Assembly: GCA_963782115.1 (NCBI GenBank)
Contig: CAWAIK010000001.1
Coordinates: forward strand, 352,001 to 416,000
Source of the DNA: an uncultured Verrucomicrobiae bacterium
GTDB lineage: Bacteria > Verrucomicrobiota > Verrucomicrobiia > Chthoniobacterales > JAFAMB01
Direction of reading: 5' to 3'
DNA length: 64,000 bases
The notes beneath the pieces are model-generated. The model saw nothing but the letters and a program-made list of their open reading frames with translations, made no database searches and had not been told where the DNA came from. Below, piece by piece: positions 22,246 to 33,914 of this stretch. Position 1 is the stretch's first letter; the number at the start of each line of letters is the position of its first letter. The position numbers and the translations under genes were made by a program.

Positions 22246-22824
22246 CTAGATTCGAGCCGCCCAGACGATGGGCGTGAGTTCAGCGATCCGATTGATCGGG
22301 AAGGTCGCTAAACCCGGCAATACAGAGCTCAAGTATTCGCGAACGGAACTTTGAGTCGCCGGCAGGTTTCGACAACCGAGACGATAGCTGCGACGCGTGG
22401 GGCGCCGGCTTCCTCGCTGCCAATGTGGATCCAATTCTTTCCAAGGGCGACCGGACATGGCATTCTCGGCGCAATTGTTACTCGACTACAGCTCGGCATA
22501 TTCCAAGAACCGGGTCAGCCGTGACGCCGCTTCCGCCGGCTTCGACAATCGACACCGTTTGCGGGAATCCTGACTCAAGAAGAGCGGCACCGCATTCTCG
22601 AGAAACATGAATCGGTCAGGAGTTTGAGCACATCATCAATCACCAACTCTCTCTTCTTCTAGAAGCGTTTGAAGCTGCTGCCGAAGAAGGGGCGTGGTGA
22701 AGCTGAAATTGCTCCTTCTAGATCGAATGTGTTGTCACGTCGTAACACTTAAGTGGTCGGAGAGACAAGGATTGTGAGACAATCATTTTTCTCGGGATGT
22801 CAACACGTCAAATGCGTCGGGTAC
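22246..22824 (-). mobile_element. IS66 remnant
   Basis: TnpC C-terminus YLSSVLPGLA.FPINRIAELTP..WAA; GTACCCGACG left-end-like sequence at 22824. Confidence 0.65.
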
Positions 22825-23305
22825 CGCCCGATCCAGGGTGACTCGTCTGCTGATTAGTTTTTCCGCAGGCAGTTTTCCTGCATCGATCAAACCGATGATC
22901 TCCGGCCTGGAATGATATCAGCCTATGCTACAATAAAATTCATATTTCTTCTCCGATGCTATGGAGCGCTCAGGTTAGTCTGGGGGGAACCAGGATTTTA
23001 TTATGATTCATAAACAGACTATTCAGGGTGCGGCCTGAAGTACGTACGACCGCTTCCCATTGAATGGTCTGGCCTGAGAATCGTGCTTGTTCTGATCCGG
23101 CAATCTTAGCGCTTGAAGATCAAACGCCTCAAATTTGACCGGTTCTGGAACACTTACTTTCTGTTGTCGATACATGTTACCAGTAGCGATCAATGCAATG
23201 AATAACGTTTCCATTGTTTGTTTTCAATTGGTTGTGTTGCAGTAAATAGCGCAACAATATTTTAGATGGACCTTGATTTGTTGTTATCGCTTTGGCGCCA
23301 GACGA

Positions 23306-23407
23306 TTATTTTCGAGTGGCGAAATAGGTCGCGATTATTCGCGGAGCTAACACGAGAGCGATAGCCGCCACTACAAAAGCGACGTCGTGAATGTGAATAG
23401 TTTCCAT
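23306..23407 (-). CDS. 33-aa hydrophobic peptide (below the ORF-track cutoff)
   Basis: METIHIHDVAFVVAAIALVLAPRIIATYFATRK*; purine-rich AAAGAGAAAG upstream; one TM-like stretch with a basic tail. Confidence 0.5.
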   Translation of the reverse strand: METIHIHDVAFVVAAIALVLAPRIIATYFATRK

Positions 23408-23712
23408 TGTCTTTCTCTTTATCCGGTTTAGTGGGTATTAACTGTGAGAGTCAGAATCTAGACATCCCTTATGGGATTTTCATTTCTGTTTCTCTCAGCA
23501 TTCTGGACTCATCGCCCCTAATCGGGACGCCTTCCGGAATGCCCAGAGAATCCTTGCATTTAGGACAAGGCTTAGCTGCTCACGTTGGGTGGCCCCTGCC
23601 ACCAATTCCGTTTAACCGTTGCAATGTAGTAGTCGCTTGCACGGTTCAATCTTCGCGCCTGGAGCACGATTAATCCAATGGCACTATTTCATTACGGTGA
23701 TAACTTTCGGCT

Positions 23713-24587
23713 ATGGATAGCCGCGAAGTCCGTTCCTTTTTGGCTCTGGCCGGGCAATCGCATTTCGGCCGGACCGCCCGCCTGCTAAACCTCAGCCAGC
23801 CCGCCCTGACTAAAGAAATCCGGCGGCTGGAAGAAGACTTGGGCGGTCCATTATTAGTGCGCGGCCGTCACGGCGCGCAGCTAACATCCCTCGGCCGTCT
23901 ATTTCAGGCCAAGGCACTCGATGTCGTCCGCGATTGGGATGATCTGCTGGCGCACACCCGACGCGTCGCTCGCGGTGAAGCCGGACGTCTGCGCCTGGGT
24001 TTCGGCATGCACACGTTCGAGCTGGTCCCAGGGCGATTGTCCGGTTCCGCAAAAGCCTGCCGGACGTCGATGTCTCTCTGCGCGACATGTCCACGTTCGA
24101 ACAGATAGAGGCGCTGCACGCGGAAAGAATGGACCTTGGATTCATTCGCCTTGGCCCGGTCAAAAAGCTCTCCATTTTGCCGCTCACGCAGGATCGGATG
24201 ATGCTCGTCACCAGTCAGGCCGCCGACTACTCGGTGACAGATGATCTTTCTGCGGTACGTCACGAACCCTTCGTGCTGATATCCCGCCAACGTTCACCCA
24301 CCTTTCATCAGCACGCGTTGAATCTCTGCTCCAAATACGGTTTCCGCCCGCGAATAGTGCAGGAGGTTCCCGAAGTGACGACCGTGCTGGCCCTGGTGAA
24401 AGCCGGCCTCGGTGTTTCCGTGATCCCTGAATCTTTTGGCATCAACCGTTTCCAGGGCATCCGCGTCCATCATTTAACTGACAAAGCCGCCGCGTGGACA
24501 GTAGCCGCCGCCTGGCGCAAAGACGACCCCAACCCCCTGATCCAAGGGTTCCTTGCCCTCTTGAAAACGGTTCTGGTGCAAACTTGA
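23713..24587 (+). pseudogene. LysR regulator, frameshifted near 24030
   Basis: HTH HFGRTARLLNLSQPALT in 23713-24108; substrate-binding domain in 24087-24587. Confidence 0.85.
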
Positions 24588-26275
24588 GAAGCTGACCCCA
24601 ACAACGCGGGGAACAAGGTCGAACGTGTGAAAGCCGAACCCGATACTGAGCTTTCCAATTTCACCTCGCGCTGCTCGCCGCATATCATCAAGAAGCTGAT
24701 CTGCCCGTCGCACTAGTATTACTTTGTTAAGTATTTTCTTGCCAACTGGCTGCGGTTTTCGCAATATTGCGGGGCATGGAGTGGAATGCCAGGCTGTGGC
24801 GGCAAAGTATTGAGCGCTTCAAAGCCTTTATGATCCCGCTAGCCGCGCCGCTGGGGCGCAGCGAACGACGCACGGCTGCCACCAATTACGTGCAGGGCCT
24901 GCTTATGCCTGGTCAACGTAAGTCAATCGAACCGATGGCGGCAAGACTGGGTATCGAGGCGCAACGGCTCCAGCAATTTATGGCTGATAGTCCTTGGGAC
25001 GAGACCGAACTGTGGCGAGTAATTCGCCGAGAAGTGGTGCCGCACTTCGAACCCATTGAGGCCTGGATTGTCGACGAAACCGGCTGGCTCAAACAGGGCA
25101 AGAATTCGGTAGGAGTCGCTCATCAATATTGCGGGGCTGTCGGTAAGCAGGCCAATTGTCAGGTAAGCGTTGAACTGGTAGTCAGTGACGGTTTCGTGGC
25201 AGCGCCGGTGGGCGGTCGACTATACTTGCCGCAAAGCTGGATTGATGATCCCCAACGCTGCGCTAAGGCCGGGGTGCCTCCCGATGTGGGATTTGCCACC
25301 AAAAATGAAATCGCCCTAACTTTGATCGAACAGGCGCTTGCCGATCAAGTCGTCCCTGCTCCAGTGCTGGGTGACGCGGCCTATGGCAACGGCTTTGCGT
25401 TCCGCGCACACCTGCGCGAACTCAACTTGGAGTTTTTCTTGCAGGTGACTCCCGAGGAACACAAAGCCTGGATCCAAGAGGTGCCCACGACCCTCAAAGG
25501 CAAATACCGCATCGTGGACCAAGAGACCTCCCAGAACGCACGCAACCTTCTTGAGATTGCGGCTTCTCTACCGGCAGAGGCATGGAGGCATTGTTGGTGG
25601 AAAACCGCTACGGGAGCAAGACAACACACCCGTATAGCTTGGCAAGAGGTTTTCCTTGCGCGCGGACTTAAGGAACCACAGGGCCAGCTGGAGAAGCTTT
25701 GGTTGGTGGTCGATTGGCCCAAGGGAGCCAAAGAGCCTTACCATTGTTACCTGGCGCACTTCCATCGCGAGCCTTCCAAAGCGCTTTGCTTAAAACTTAG
25801 CCGTTCCCGATGGCACGTGGAACAATATTTCCAACGATCCAAAGATGACCTGGGATTAGATCATTACGAGGGCCGCTCTTGGCGGGGCTTTCATCACCAT
25901 CTTGTGATGAGCGCCATCGCCTACCTATTCATCTTGACAACCTACCTTGCGGCAAAAAAAAACTTCTGGTCTGACGTTGGAGAAGATCCTGGAAGCGATC
26001 CGGCCGTGGCTACTGAGATCGACCGGACACTGTCCCTATTGCCATTCGACATTCCCGGAGTTCCCCTGCCCGGTCGAGCAGCAATCCGCCCACATCCGTA
26101 AGGCCTGTCCCATTGCGACCGCGACGAGAAAGTTGTCCCCGATTTCCGATTCCAATTGCCACATCCTTTTTGTTAGAGCCGGCTGGCTGAGGTTTAGCAG
26201 GCAGGCAGTCCTGCCAAGATGCAGCTGTCCAGCCAAGGCCAGAAATGACCGGAAAAGCGCGAATTCCGTAACCAT
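24588..26275 (-). pseudogene. LysR paralog of 23713-24587, split by IS701 and truncated
   Basis: RSFLALAGQLHLGRTA.LLNLSQPALTK ... LLLDRAGE|LVRRADQLL..RAARGEIGKLSIGFGFHTFDLVP joins across the IS. Confidence 0.8.
24713..26058 (+). mobile_element. IS701-family element at a CTAG target; right end lost
   Basis: CTAGTATTACTTTGTTAAG left end; transposase from 24776 with RKSIEPMA, IVDETG..KQG..SVGVA.QYCG..GK.ANCQ, DAAYG, RW.VEQ.F...K..LGLDHYEGRSW.G.HHH; A-run near 25954. Confidence 0.9.
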
Positions 26276-26338
26276 AAGTTATTACATCAATGAGAATATA
26301 CAATTGGAAGAATCGAATGGAGCACAACACATTCTTGC

Positions 26339-27085
26339 ATGTCAGAACTTTCAGCTCCCCACACCAAATCGCGAAATTTCTGCCTTCCTATCCAAAGGCA
26401 ACTCAATCCATCGACCATTCGATTTGCGCGAGCCGGAACCTACGCGATCTTTTTTGGAGATGGCCTGGGATTCGGTGTCTGGGCGGGTCATATTCCGATT
26501 TTCAAAGAGAAATTCCACCTAGGCGACGCGCAGCTAAGTGTCGCGTTGTTTGCTGTAGCCCTTGGAGCAATAGTTGCCATGCCAATCGTGGGGCACAGGC
26601 TTAGACGGTTCGGGAGCCGAGCTTTAACCGGTTTTTGTGCAAGTCTGTACGCAATTGCAATTGCCTGCCTCGCACATGCGCCATCCTATCCCCTGTTTGT
26701 ACTGGGGACTGCTCTTTTGGGCGCATGCAAAGGAAGTCTTGATGTGTCCATTAATGCTCAGGCCGTCGGAGTCGAGTCGGCCTATGGTCGCCCGATCATG
26801 TCGTCGTTTCAGGCCGCATGGAGCGTTGGTGGATTGGCCGGTGCGGCGCTCGCGGGGGCGGCTCTGCGCAGCGGGCTCGTCGCGGAAGAAAATCTCGCCG
26901 CAGCAGGCGCGTTCATCCTGGCGATTGCTTTCTGGAGCGTTCCCTATCTCATTCGGGAAAGGGCTGCAGGGCAGACCAGTTCGCTTGCCTCGCCGGACAA
27001 AGCTCTCCTCAGCGTTGCAGCCTTCACATTTCTGGCACTCTTCAGTGAGGGAACCATGGCAGACTGGAGCGGTGTTTATCTGCGC
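26339..27085 (+). pseudogene. MFS transporter, C-terminally truncated
   Basis: GVWAGHIP, LDVSINAQA..VE..YGRPIMSSF.A.WS.G, EG.MADWS.VYL; breaks at ~27085. Confidence 0.8.
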
Positions 27086-27089
27086 CAAA

Positions 27090-27343
27090 AAGAGACGGAA
27101 GACTATATCTCGGGCCGCTTCGGATAGTTGCAGAATGGCGATCGCAATTCGATGGGCTTCATCGATCCCAAGCGCATCCAGGTCAAGCTGCTGAAGACGG
27201 ATCTCGCGCTTGCCCTGACCTGGTGGTCGATCTCATTTCCTACCTCCAAACAAAAGGTGGTGGGCAATACGACCATGAACCTCCAAAAATTTGATGACGG
27301 TTGGAGGGTTGTCGCCGCTCATTCCGGTACCCCCGAAATGTAA
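27090..27343 (+). pseudogene. NTF2-like (DUF4440/SnoaL) C-terminal fragment
   Basis: ...LQKFDDGWRVVAAHSG; fused to the MFS fragment, with an internal TAG. Confidence 0.55.
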
Positions 27344-27640
27344 TTGGTCTTATAGCTAGGATGAAGCTTTCAGGTCTAGGCGCAGACCCGCTGGCAAAGC
27401 AAACCAGCATCATTTCCGCTGAAAGGCCGTCGAAAAAGGAAGCGGAGTTGATGGTCCAGCACCTCAACGCCGCGGTCAGGGAAACGTTCGATGAGCCGGC
27501 TCCTGAAATCCGCTGCGTCCGCCGCCGTCGCCGGCGCCTCTTCCGCAAAGTCGAGATAGTTCAGCATTTGATCGTACAGCTCCGCACCGCCCGGCAGGCC
27601 ATGCCCTTCACCCAACGTGGCTGACCAGAGCCCGTCGTGA

Positions 27641-29875
27641 TCACATCGCCGGCAATCGTGCGTCAAGCTCCGCAGAAGGAACGGAACTTTGGCTGGTGCG
27701 CAATCTGTCGTATAAACCGGAAAATCGCTGCGCGGAACGATCATTGTGAACGGCTATTGCGAGAGCCTTTCTTTGACCGACCAGGACCACGAGTCTCTTG
27801 CCTCGGGTCATTGCGGTGTATACCAGGTTCCGCTGCAAGAGAAGATAATGCTGCATGGCCAGAGGTACGATCACCGCCGGGAATTCTGATCCCTGGCTTT
27901 TATGGATTGTGATGGCGTAGGCCAGCGATAGCTCGTCCAGTTCGTTGAAATCGTAAAGCACATCCCGCTCCTCGAAACGGATTGCTAATTCCTGTTCGGT
28001 GAAATCAATGCTGACAACCTGGCCAATGTCGCCGTTGAAGACCTCTTTGTCGTAATTGTTCTTGGTCTGGATCACCTTATCTCGAAGCCGGAACTGCCAG
28101 CCGAAGCGCTCGACGACCGGCTCGTCGGCGCGCGGCGGATTTAGCCGGTCCTGCAAGAGAACGTTCATCGAGCGTGCCCCAAGGCTGCCACGGTTCATGG
28201 GAGTAAGTACCTGTACGTCAAGAATCGGATCAAGCCGCAGCTTCCCAGGGACGCGTTCTTTGGCCAGTTCGACGATCGTTGCCTGGATGCTTTCCGATTC
28301 CTCGCGCTCGATAAAGAAAAAATCTGAGTCCTCTCCTGGCAGGTGCAACTCCGGCATTAGCCCGGCGTTGACGCGATGAGCGTTGGTAACGATCCGGCTC
28401 GAAGCTGCCTGGCGGAAAACTTCCGTCAGGCGCACCACCGGCACGAGCTCGCTGCGAATGATCTCGGCCAACGCCGAACCCGGTCCGACGCTGGGCAACT
28501 GGTCCACATCGCCCACCATCAAAAGGTGAGCGCGCTCCGGCAAAGCTTGAATCAGCTTGTGCATTAGAGGTACATCAATCATTGAAGTTTCGTCAGCCAC
28601 CAACACGTCACACTGTAAGGGGTGCGCGGCGCTCCGGGCGAAGCCACCAGAAGCGGGTTGAAACTCCAGTAATCGATGAATGGTCTTGGCCTTCACGCCT
28701 GTCGCTTCACTCAGGCGCCTTGCTGCACGTCCCGTAGGGGCGCACAGCAGACAATTGAGTTTTTTCGCCCGGAGGATCAGCAGAATCGAATCTACCAGCG
28801 TCGTCTTTCCGACACCGGGGCCGCCTGTGATCACCAAAACCCGGGAGTCAAGCGCTCTTTGGAGGGCGTTCCGCTGGGTCGGCGCCAATTCCTTACCCGT
28901 CTTCTGCTGGGACCAGCCAACGGCTTTCTCGATATCGATCGGCGGCAAGCAAGACGAGGCTTTAGCCAACTTCTTCAACGAGGCGGCTATGCCATCTTCG
29001 GCACGCCTCAAGTAGGGTAGATAAAAGAGATCGTGTCCGCCAATCGGCTCATGCACTAATTCGTGGTCCAGCAGCAATCGCTCCAGGGCTTCGTGTGCGA
29101 TCGCTCCATCGATCTCAAGCAGTTTGGTGGCGCGCTCAATTAACGCCTCTTTCGGCAGAGCACAGTGCCCGTCACCCGTGGCTTCCAGTAGTGCGTGCTT
29201 GATCCCGGCTACCGCCCGCATAATTGAGTCACGCGCGATCCCAAGCTTCTGCGCCACGGTGTCGGCCGATTGAAACCCGATGCCCTGGATGTCCTTGGCA
29301 AGGGTATACGGATTGGCACGCACCGTCTCGATAGCCTTATCGCCGTAAGTTTTGTAGATGCGGACCGCGCGGCTCGTGCTAACTCCGTGAGAATGCAGGA
29401 AAATCATGATGTCGCGGACCGCCTTCTGCTCGGCCCATGCAGCTTTGATCTTTTGCCGGCGCCCCGGCCCGATTCCATTTACTTCTTCAAGTTGCACGGA
29501 GTAGTGGTCGATGACGGTGAAGATTTCCTCGCCAAATTTCTCCACCAGTTTTTTCGCGTAGACCGGACCGATGCCTTTGATCAATCCGCTGGCAAGGTAT
29601 TTCTCAATACCTTCCCGCGACGTTGGAGGGCTGGACTTCAGAAAGGTGGCTTTAAATTGGAGCCCGTGCTCTTTGTCCTGCACCCAGTTGCCCTGCGCCG
29701 TGATCCACTCACCGGCGTTGACGCTTGCAAGGGCTCCTACCACCGTCACCAGCTCCGGGCGGCCCTTCACTTTTACGCGCAGCACCACGAACCCCGTTTC
29801 TTCGCTGTGGAAGGTCACGCGCTCGATCAATCCAGAAAATCCCTCCTGTGGAGGCGACAATCGCGGGGTGTTCAC
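27641..29875 (-). CDS. recD2: RecD2-family SF1B DNA helicase
   Basis: GLIERVTF, GIEKYLASGLIKGIGP, HhH motifs, TGGPGVGKTT, APTGRAA, DE.SM, GDVDQLPSVGPG, LAYAITIHKSQGSE; GTG start behind AGAAGGAG. Confidence 0.95.
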   Translation of the reverse strand: MNTPRLSPPQEGFSGLIERVTFHSEETGFVVLRVKVKGRPELVTVVGALASVNAGEWITAQGNWVQDKEHGLQFKATFLKSSPPTSREGIEKYLASGLIKGIGPVYAKKLVEKFGEEIFTVIDHYSVQLEEVNGIGPGRRQKIKAAWAEQKAVRDIMIFLHSHGVSTSRAVRIYKTYGDKAIETVRANPYTLAKDIQGIGFQSADTVAQKLGIARDSIMRAVAGIKHALLEATGDGHCALPKEALIERATKLLEIDGAIAHEALERLLLDHELVHEPIGGHDLFYLPYLRRAEDGIAASLKKLAKASSCLPPIDIEKAVGWSQQKTGKELAPTQRNALQRALDSRVLVITGGPGVGKTTLVDSILLILRAKKLNCLLCAPTGRAARRLSEATGVKAKTIHRLLEFQPASGGFARSAAHPLQCDVLVADETSMIDVPLMHKLIQALPERAHLLMVGDVDQLPSVGPGSALAEIIRSELVPVVRLTEVFRQAASSRIVTNAHRVNAGLMPELHLPGEDSDFFFIEREESESIQATIVELAKERVPGKLRLDPILDVQVLTPMNRGSLGARSMNVLLQDRLNPPRADEPVVERFGWQFRLRDKVIQTKNNYDKEVFNGDIGQVVSIDFTEQELAIRFEERDVLYDFNELDELSLAYAITIHKSQGSEFPAVIVPLAMQHYLLLQRNLVYTAMTRGKRLVVLVGQRKALAIAVHNDRSAQRFSGLYDRLRTSQSSVPSAELDARLPAM

Positions 29876-30090
29876 GCTCCTTCTAAACCTCTCCGTACAC
29901 ATATTGTACCTAATGCGGTCGTGCAACTCTGAAGCAGTCTCATAGTGTATAGGAGTCCCTACAAGGTGCCTTTCTCTGGTGGCGAGCGTCATAAGTCAAC
30001 GGCTGACCCCACGGCTGACCCCAACGGCGGTTAGGCGGGATTACCGATTTGAATTTTACCGGTTCGGCATTCTCGCCGATGGTCATCTGA

Positions 30091-30714
30091 ATGAAATTGG
30101 CGAATAAAATCACGATCGCACGTATCTGCCTCATCCCAGTATTTGGGATCTTTGCGTGGCAGTACGGCGCGAGGGTGGTGCGTGGCCGGCCAGCCGAGCA
30201 CGCCCGCGTGAGTGCGGCATTGGTGTTCATTCTGGCTGCCGCCATGGATGGCTTAGACGGATTTCTCGCTCGCCGTTTCAACCAGCGCAGCCGCCTCGGA
30301 GCGGTTTTGGATCCGATTGCTGACAAAGGCCTGGTGATGACGGCAATTGTTGTGCTGGCGCTCAGCAACCGGTCCAAAGGCTTTCCGATCTGGTTCCCGA
30401 TCGCAGTCATTGGTCGTGACGCGGTCCTCTTGATCGGTTTTCTGGCCCTTTCAAAAGCGATCGGACGCGTCGAGATTCGACCCAGCAAAATCGGAAAGAT
30501 TGCGACATTTCTTCAGATTGCGTCGATCCTTTGGCTATTGCTGCGCATCAGGCGGATTGACCAATTTTACCTGACGATGCTGGCAACTTTATGTACCGTC
30601 GTTTCCGGTCTGGGATATGTCGCTGACGGGATTCGCCAAGCCCAGGAGGGTGGGAGCATTGCGCATTCCAACTGGCAAGATGCGCAGCGATTCAGCGAGG
30701 AGTCACTGGATTAA
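30091..30714 (+). CDS. CDP-alcohol phosphatidyltransferase (PgsA-like)
   Basis: ANKITIARI, DGLDGFLARRFNQRS.LGA.LDPIADK. Confidence 0.92.
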   Translation: MKLANKITIARICLIPVFGIFAWQYGARVVRGRPAEHARVSAALVFILAAAMDGLDGFLARRFNQRSRLGAVLDPIADKGLVMTAIVVLALSNRSKGFPIWFPIAVIGRDAVLLIGFLALSKAIGRVEIRPSKIGKIATFLQIASILWLLLRIRRIDQFYLTMLATLCTVVSGLGYVADGIRQAQEGGSIAHSNWQDAQRFSEESLD

Positions 30715-30865
30715 CCGTCTCACGCAGATCACGACCCTGCGTGCTTTCAAATGATTGCGGCGACTGGATTATATGTTTTTTTATGCGCTGCGGGAATACT
30801 CTATGACTTTCCCAATCAATTGACGTTAATTCGCAAAATGACAGCGAGTGGCAGAGTGAGGACCG

Positions 30866-31675
30866 ATGGAAGGTAGTAAACAGCATTCCGGACCCGTCCT
30901 TTTGCGTGAGGACCAAGGCGCCGTCTCGATCCTTACGCTGAACCGGCCCGAGAAACTGAACGCGCTTAGCAATGATTTGATTTCTGCCATAATGAATGCT
31001 CTGGAGGACATCGAACTCGACCAGGCCATCCGAGTTATCGTCCTCACTGGCACGGGCCGCGCCTTCAGCTCTGGGGCCGACATTGCGGCGTTCCAACGCC
31101 ACATGGAGATGGGTCCGACCGAGGCGGTGGCGCACTTCATGCGGCCTGGCCACCAGATGACCCGGCGCGTTGAATCGTTCCCTAAACCGATCATCGCTGC
31201 GGTAAATGGGCTGGTATTCGGTGGCGGGTGCGAACTGGTGGAGGCTACCCATATTGCCCTCGCGGCGGAGGAGGCTTCCTTCTCGAAGGCCGAGATCAAC
31301 ATAGGGATCATTCCGACGTTCGGTGGCACCCAGCGACTGCCCCGAAACATCGGTCGGAAGGCAGCCATCGAGCTGATCCTGACTGGAAGGACCTTCGACG
31401 CCACCGAGGCGGCACGCCTTGGTTTGATCAACCGAGTTGTGGCCGGCTTCCATTTGCTCGCGGAGGCGGTCCAACTGGCGGAGGCGCTGGCAACAAAGCC
31501 GCCGCTTACCCTGGCCGCAGCATTGGCGGCGATACATCGCGGCATGGACGCGTCGATCGACGACGGCCTGGCGATAGAGGAAAATGCTTTTGCTCGCATC
31601 GTCCCGACCCATGATGCCCAGGAGGGTGTGGCGGCGTTCGTGGAGAAACGTCGCCCGACTTTTCTTGGCCGGTAG
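30866..31675 (+). CDS. Enoyl-CoA hydratase/isomerase (crotonase family)
   Basis: LNRPEKLNAL, AFSSGADI, KPIIAAVNG..FGGGCEL, GGTQRLPR. Confidence 0.93.
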   Translation: MEGSKQHSGPVLLREDQGAVSILTLNRPEKLNALSNDLISAIMNALEDIELDQAIRVIVLTGTGRAFSSGADIAAFQRHMEMGPTEAVAHFMRPGHQMTRRVESFPKPIIAAVNGLVFGGGCELVEATHIALAAEEASFSKAEINIGIIPTFGGTQRLPRNIGRKAAIELILTGRTFDATEAARLGLINRVVAGFHLLAEAVQLAEALATKPPLTLAAALAAIHRGMDASIDDGLAIEENAFARIVPTHDAQEGVAAFVEKRRPTFLGR

Positions 31676-31862
31676 CCGTCGTTCAATCGCTTTACCGGTC
31701 CCTCGCCACCCGTCTGCGAGAACGGGATAAGCAAATCATCGCGTACTGCCGGTCCGCAGAATTTTCCCTCGCAGGACTGCGTGACACGATCCAAAAGGGG
31801 GTGCTCAGTTAAACGCTGGAGCCATTCGATCGAAATGCGCGCTAAACTGCAGATTTGTTTGG

Positions 31863-33428
31863 CTAGAATTTCATCAAAAGATTGAATTGTAGGACCGAAT
31901 CGTGGCGATCGCGTGCGATTGGCCACTGTTGCGTCGAGGCGACGCCCGGAACATTGCCGGTCGCAAACCCGCCATAAAGATTCTTGGTCAGCGCATCGGA
32001 GTAGTAGAACGTGACAACGCCGGTCAAGAAGTCGGTAAAATTATAAGCAAGGTTAAACTCGAAACCCTCTACATTTAAATTGCTGAGAGCGAAGTTGCTG
32101 CTGTTAATGTTCGGATCGATCGAACTGATTCCCATCTGGCGATAGTCGGCGGAGATGGAAAAGTCGCCCGCCTTATTATTCGTACCGAATCTCAAACCAA
32201 TCAACCAAGCCAGATTATCCGAAAGGCTCGGCTCCACACGACCGCTGAAGCTGGGCGTCGCCGATTTGCCGACGTAGAAGTAGTGCGAAAAGAGGGGGCC
32301 GTAATCCTTGTTGAACCGATCATTACCCAAGGTGTTGTAAGCAAAGTCCCAGTACAGAGAAAGAGGCATATTGAAAATCTTGTAGGTGATGTCGCCCGGT
32401 GCGAGAAGGATCAATAGGTCTCGCTGGGTAACCGGGAACGGCTGAGAGTTATTCAGCGGCTGACCACCGTTAAACGAGGTGGTGGTGGGTGGCACAAGGG
32501 TTCCGTTTGCGGCAACGGCGGTCGCGCCCACCGCCGCGTCATTATCGGCCAGGACCCCGGGAGCAACCGTGATCGTGAGCTTGTCGCCGAGATGCAGACG
32601 GGCGAGAAGCTGTTGCTGGAACTGGTAAGCGTCCCACTTCAGCTGCGTATTGCCCGAGTCCGCGTTGTTGTTTTGGAAGATGAACTGGGCGGCGATTAAG
32701 CTTAGTTCCAGCGAGACGCCCGGAACCGGTGCTGGCGGGGTTATGGGCTCTTTGTTTCCCTTACCTTCAGCCGCGACGGGCTCGCCGAAGGAGAGGTTAA
32801 AAAGCTTATCAAAGTCGAGGCGTTCCACCAGACCTGTTGGATCCACCTCAGGGTCGTAGATCAGGTCAGTGGTGTAAAATGGGTTGGCCTGTTTGCCGGC
32901 GATGAAGGTTAAACCGGAGACCGGGATCCAACCCATAAAGGCGCGCGAAATATAGATGTTATAGTTGTCATAACCTCCGGTGTAGGTCGCGTTTTTCGTA
33001 TCGGCTGCGCGGTTATCGCTTGTGGAAAGCATAACGCCTCCAAAGAAATTGCTCTCAAGCTGAAAATCTGCACTCAAACGCAGCCGGAAGCGCCAGCGAT
33101 CCCGTGGGATATCCTGGTCCTGAGCCCCCAATTTGGGATTTGTCAGGATCATTGGCGTACGCTGATCCCATTGATTTCGAATCCGAAGATCGCCGCTGAG
33201 TTTCAGTTCCTTCACCCAGTCGCCAACCTGGATTTTTCCGGGAGGGGGGGCCGTCACCTCGTTGGCCGTCTCAGCGCTGATTTCTGCGGCCTCCTTCTCC
33301 GTGAGGACACCTTTTCGCACAAGGGCATCAAGCAGCGCCTGATCACCTTTCGATTGAGCGTTGGCCACTAAGCTGGTCGACGCCGACAAAGCTGCTATTG
33401 CCAACAAAGGCAGTGCACTTTTTATCAT
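31863..33428 (-). CDS. Putative outer-membrane porin
   Basis: Signal peptide, LLDALVRKGVLT..EA, LSGDLR.R, R.RFRLRL, C-terminal QFNLLMKF beta-signal. Confidence 0.85.
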   Translation of the reverse strand: MIKSALPLLAIAALSASTSLVANAQSKGDQALLDALVRKGVLTEKEAAEISAETANEVTAPPPGKIQVGDWVKELKLSGDLRIRNQWDQRTPMILTNPKLGAQDQDIPRDRWRFRLRLSADFQLESNFFGGVMLSTSDNRAADTKNATYTGGYDNYNIYISRAFMGWIPVSGLTFIAGKQANPFYTTDLIYDPEVDPTGLVERLDFDKLFNLSFGEPVAAEGKGNKEPITPPAPVPGVSLELSLIAAQFIFQNNNADSGNTQLKWDAYQFQQQLLARLHLGDKLTITVAPGVLADNDAAVGATAVAANGTLVPPTTTSFNGGQPLNNSQPFPVTQRDLLILLAPGDITYKIFNMPLSLYWDFAYNTLGNDRFNKDYGPLFSHYFYVGKSATPSFSGRVEPSLSDNLAWLIGLRFGTNNKAGDFSISADYRQMGISSIDPNINSSNFALSNLNVEGFEFNLAYNFTDFLTGVVTFYYSDALTKNLYGGFATGNVPGVASTQQWPIARDRHDSVLQFNLLMKF

Positions 33429-33914
33429 CTTACCCCCTGGTTTTTTCAATGGTTAAGGATTCAATCACTCGGAAAATGCGTCCTCCGTGAGTCAGCCGGT
33501 CGAACCACAGACTTGTCTTCAACTTCCCCGTTGTCACGTAAGAAAAGATAATCCAGATCGAATTGATAGAGTTAAGCCGTTTTTACCGCAAGAACTTTTT
33601 GTGGGGTCTCCGTTCAGAGCGAGCGCAATTCAGCATATCAGGCGCGGCGACTTTCAGGCAATGTCTTCCGCAGTTCGTGGACCGGGCCAGGCTTACCGGA
33701 AGATTTTGATCGCAACAAAACACCTGCTGTTTCGGGACCGGACACCAGAGGCGAACTCGGCTGCGGGCCACGTGCAGCGTGCAATGCCCTTGGGCGGCGG
33801 CGGTTTTCTTCAATTCGGTTGGGCGAAATCCACGAAGGGCTGATTACGCCCTCGACAGCCTGTTTTGAACAGGCTGCGCCCTCTGCTATGGTCCCAAGGG
33901 AGGTATTGGATTTT

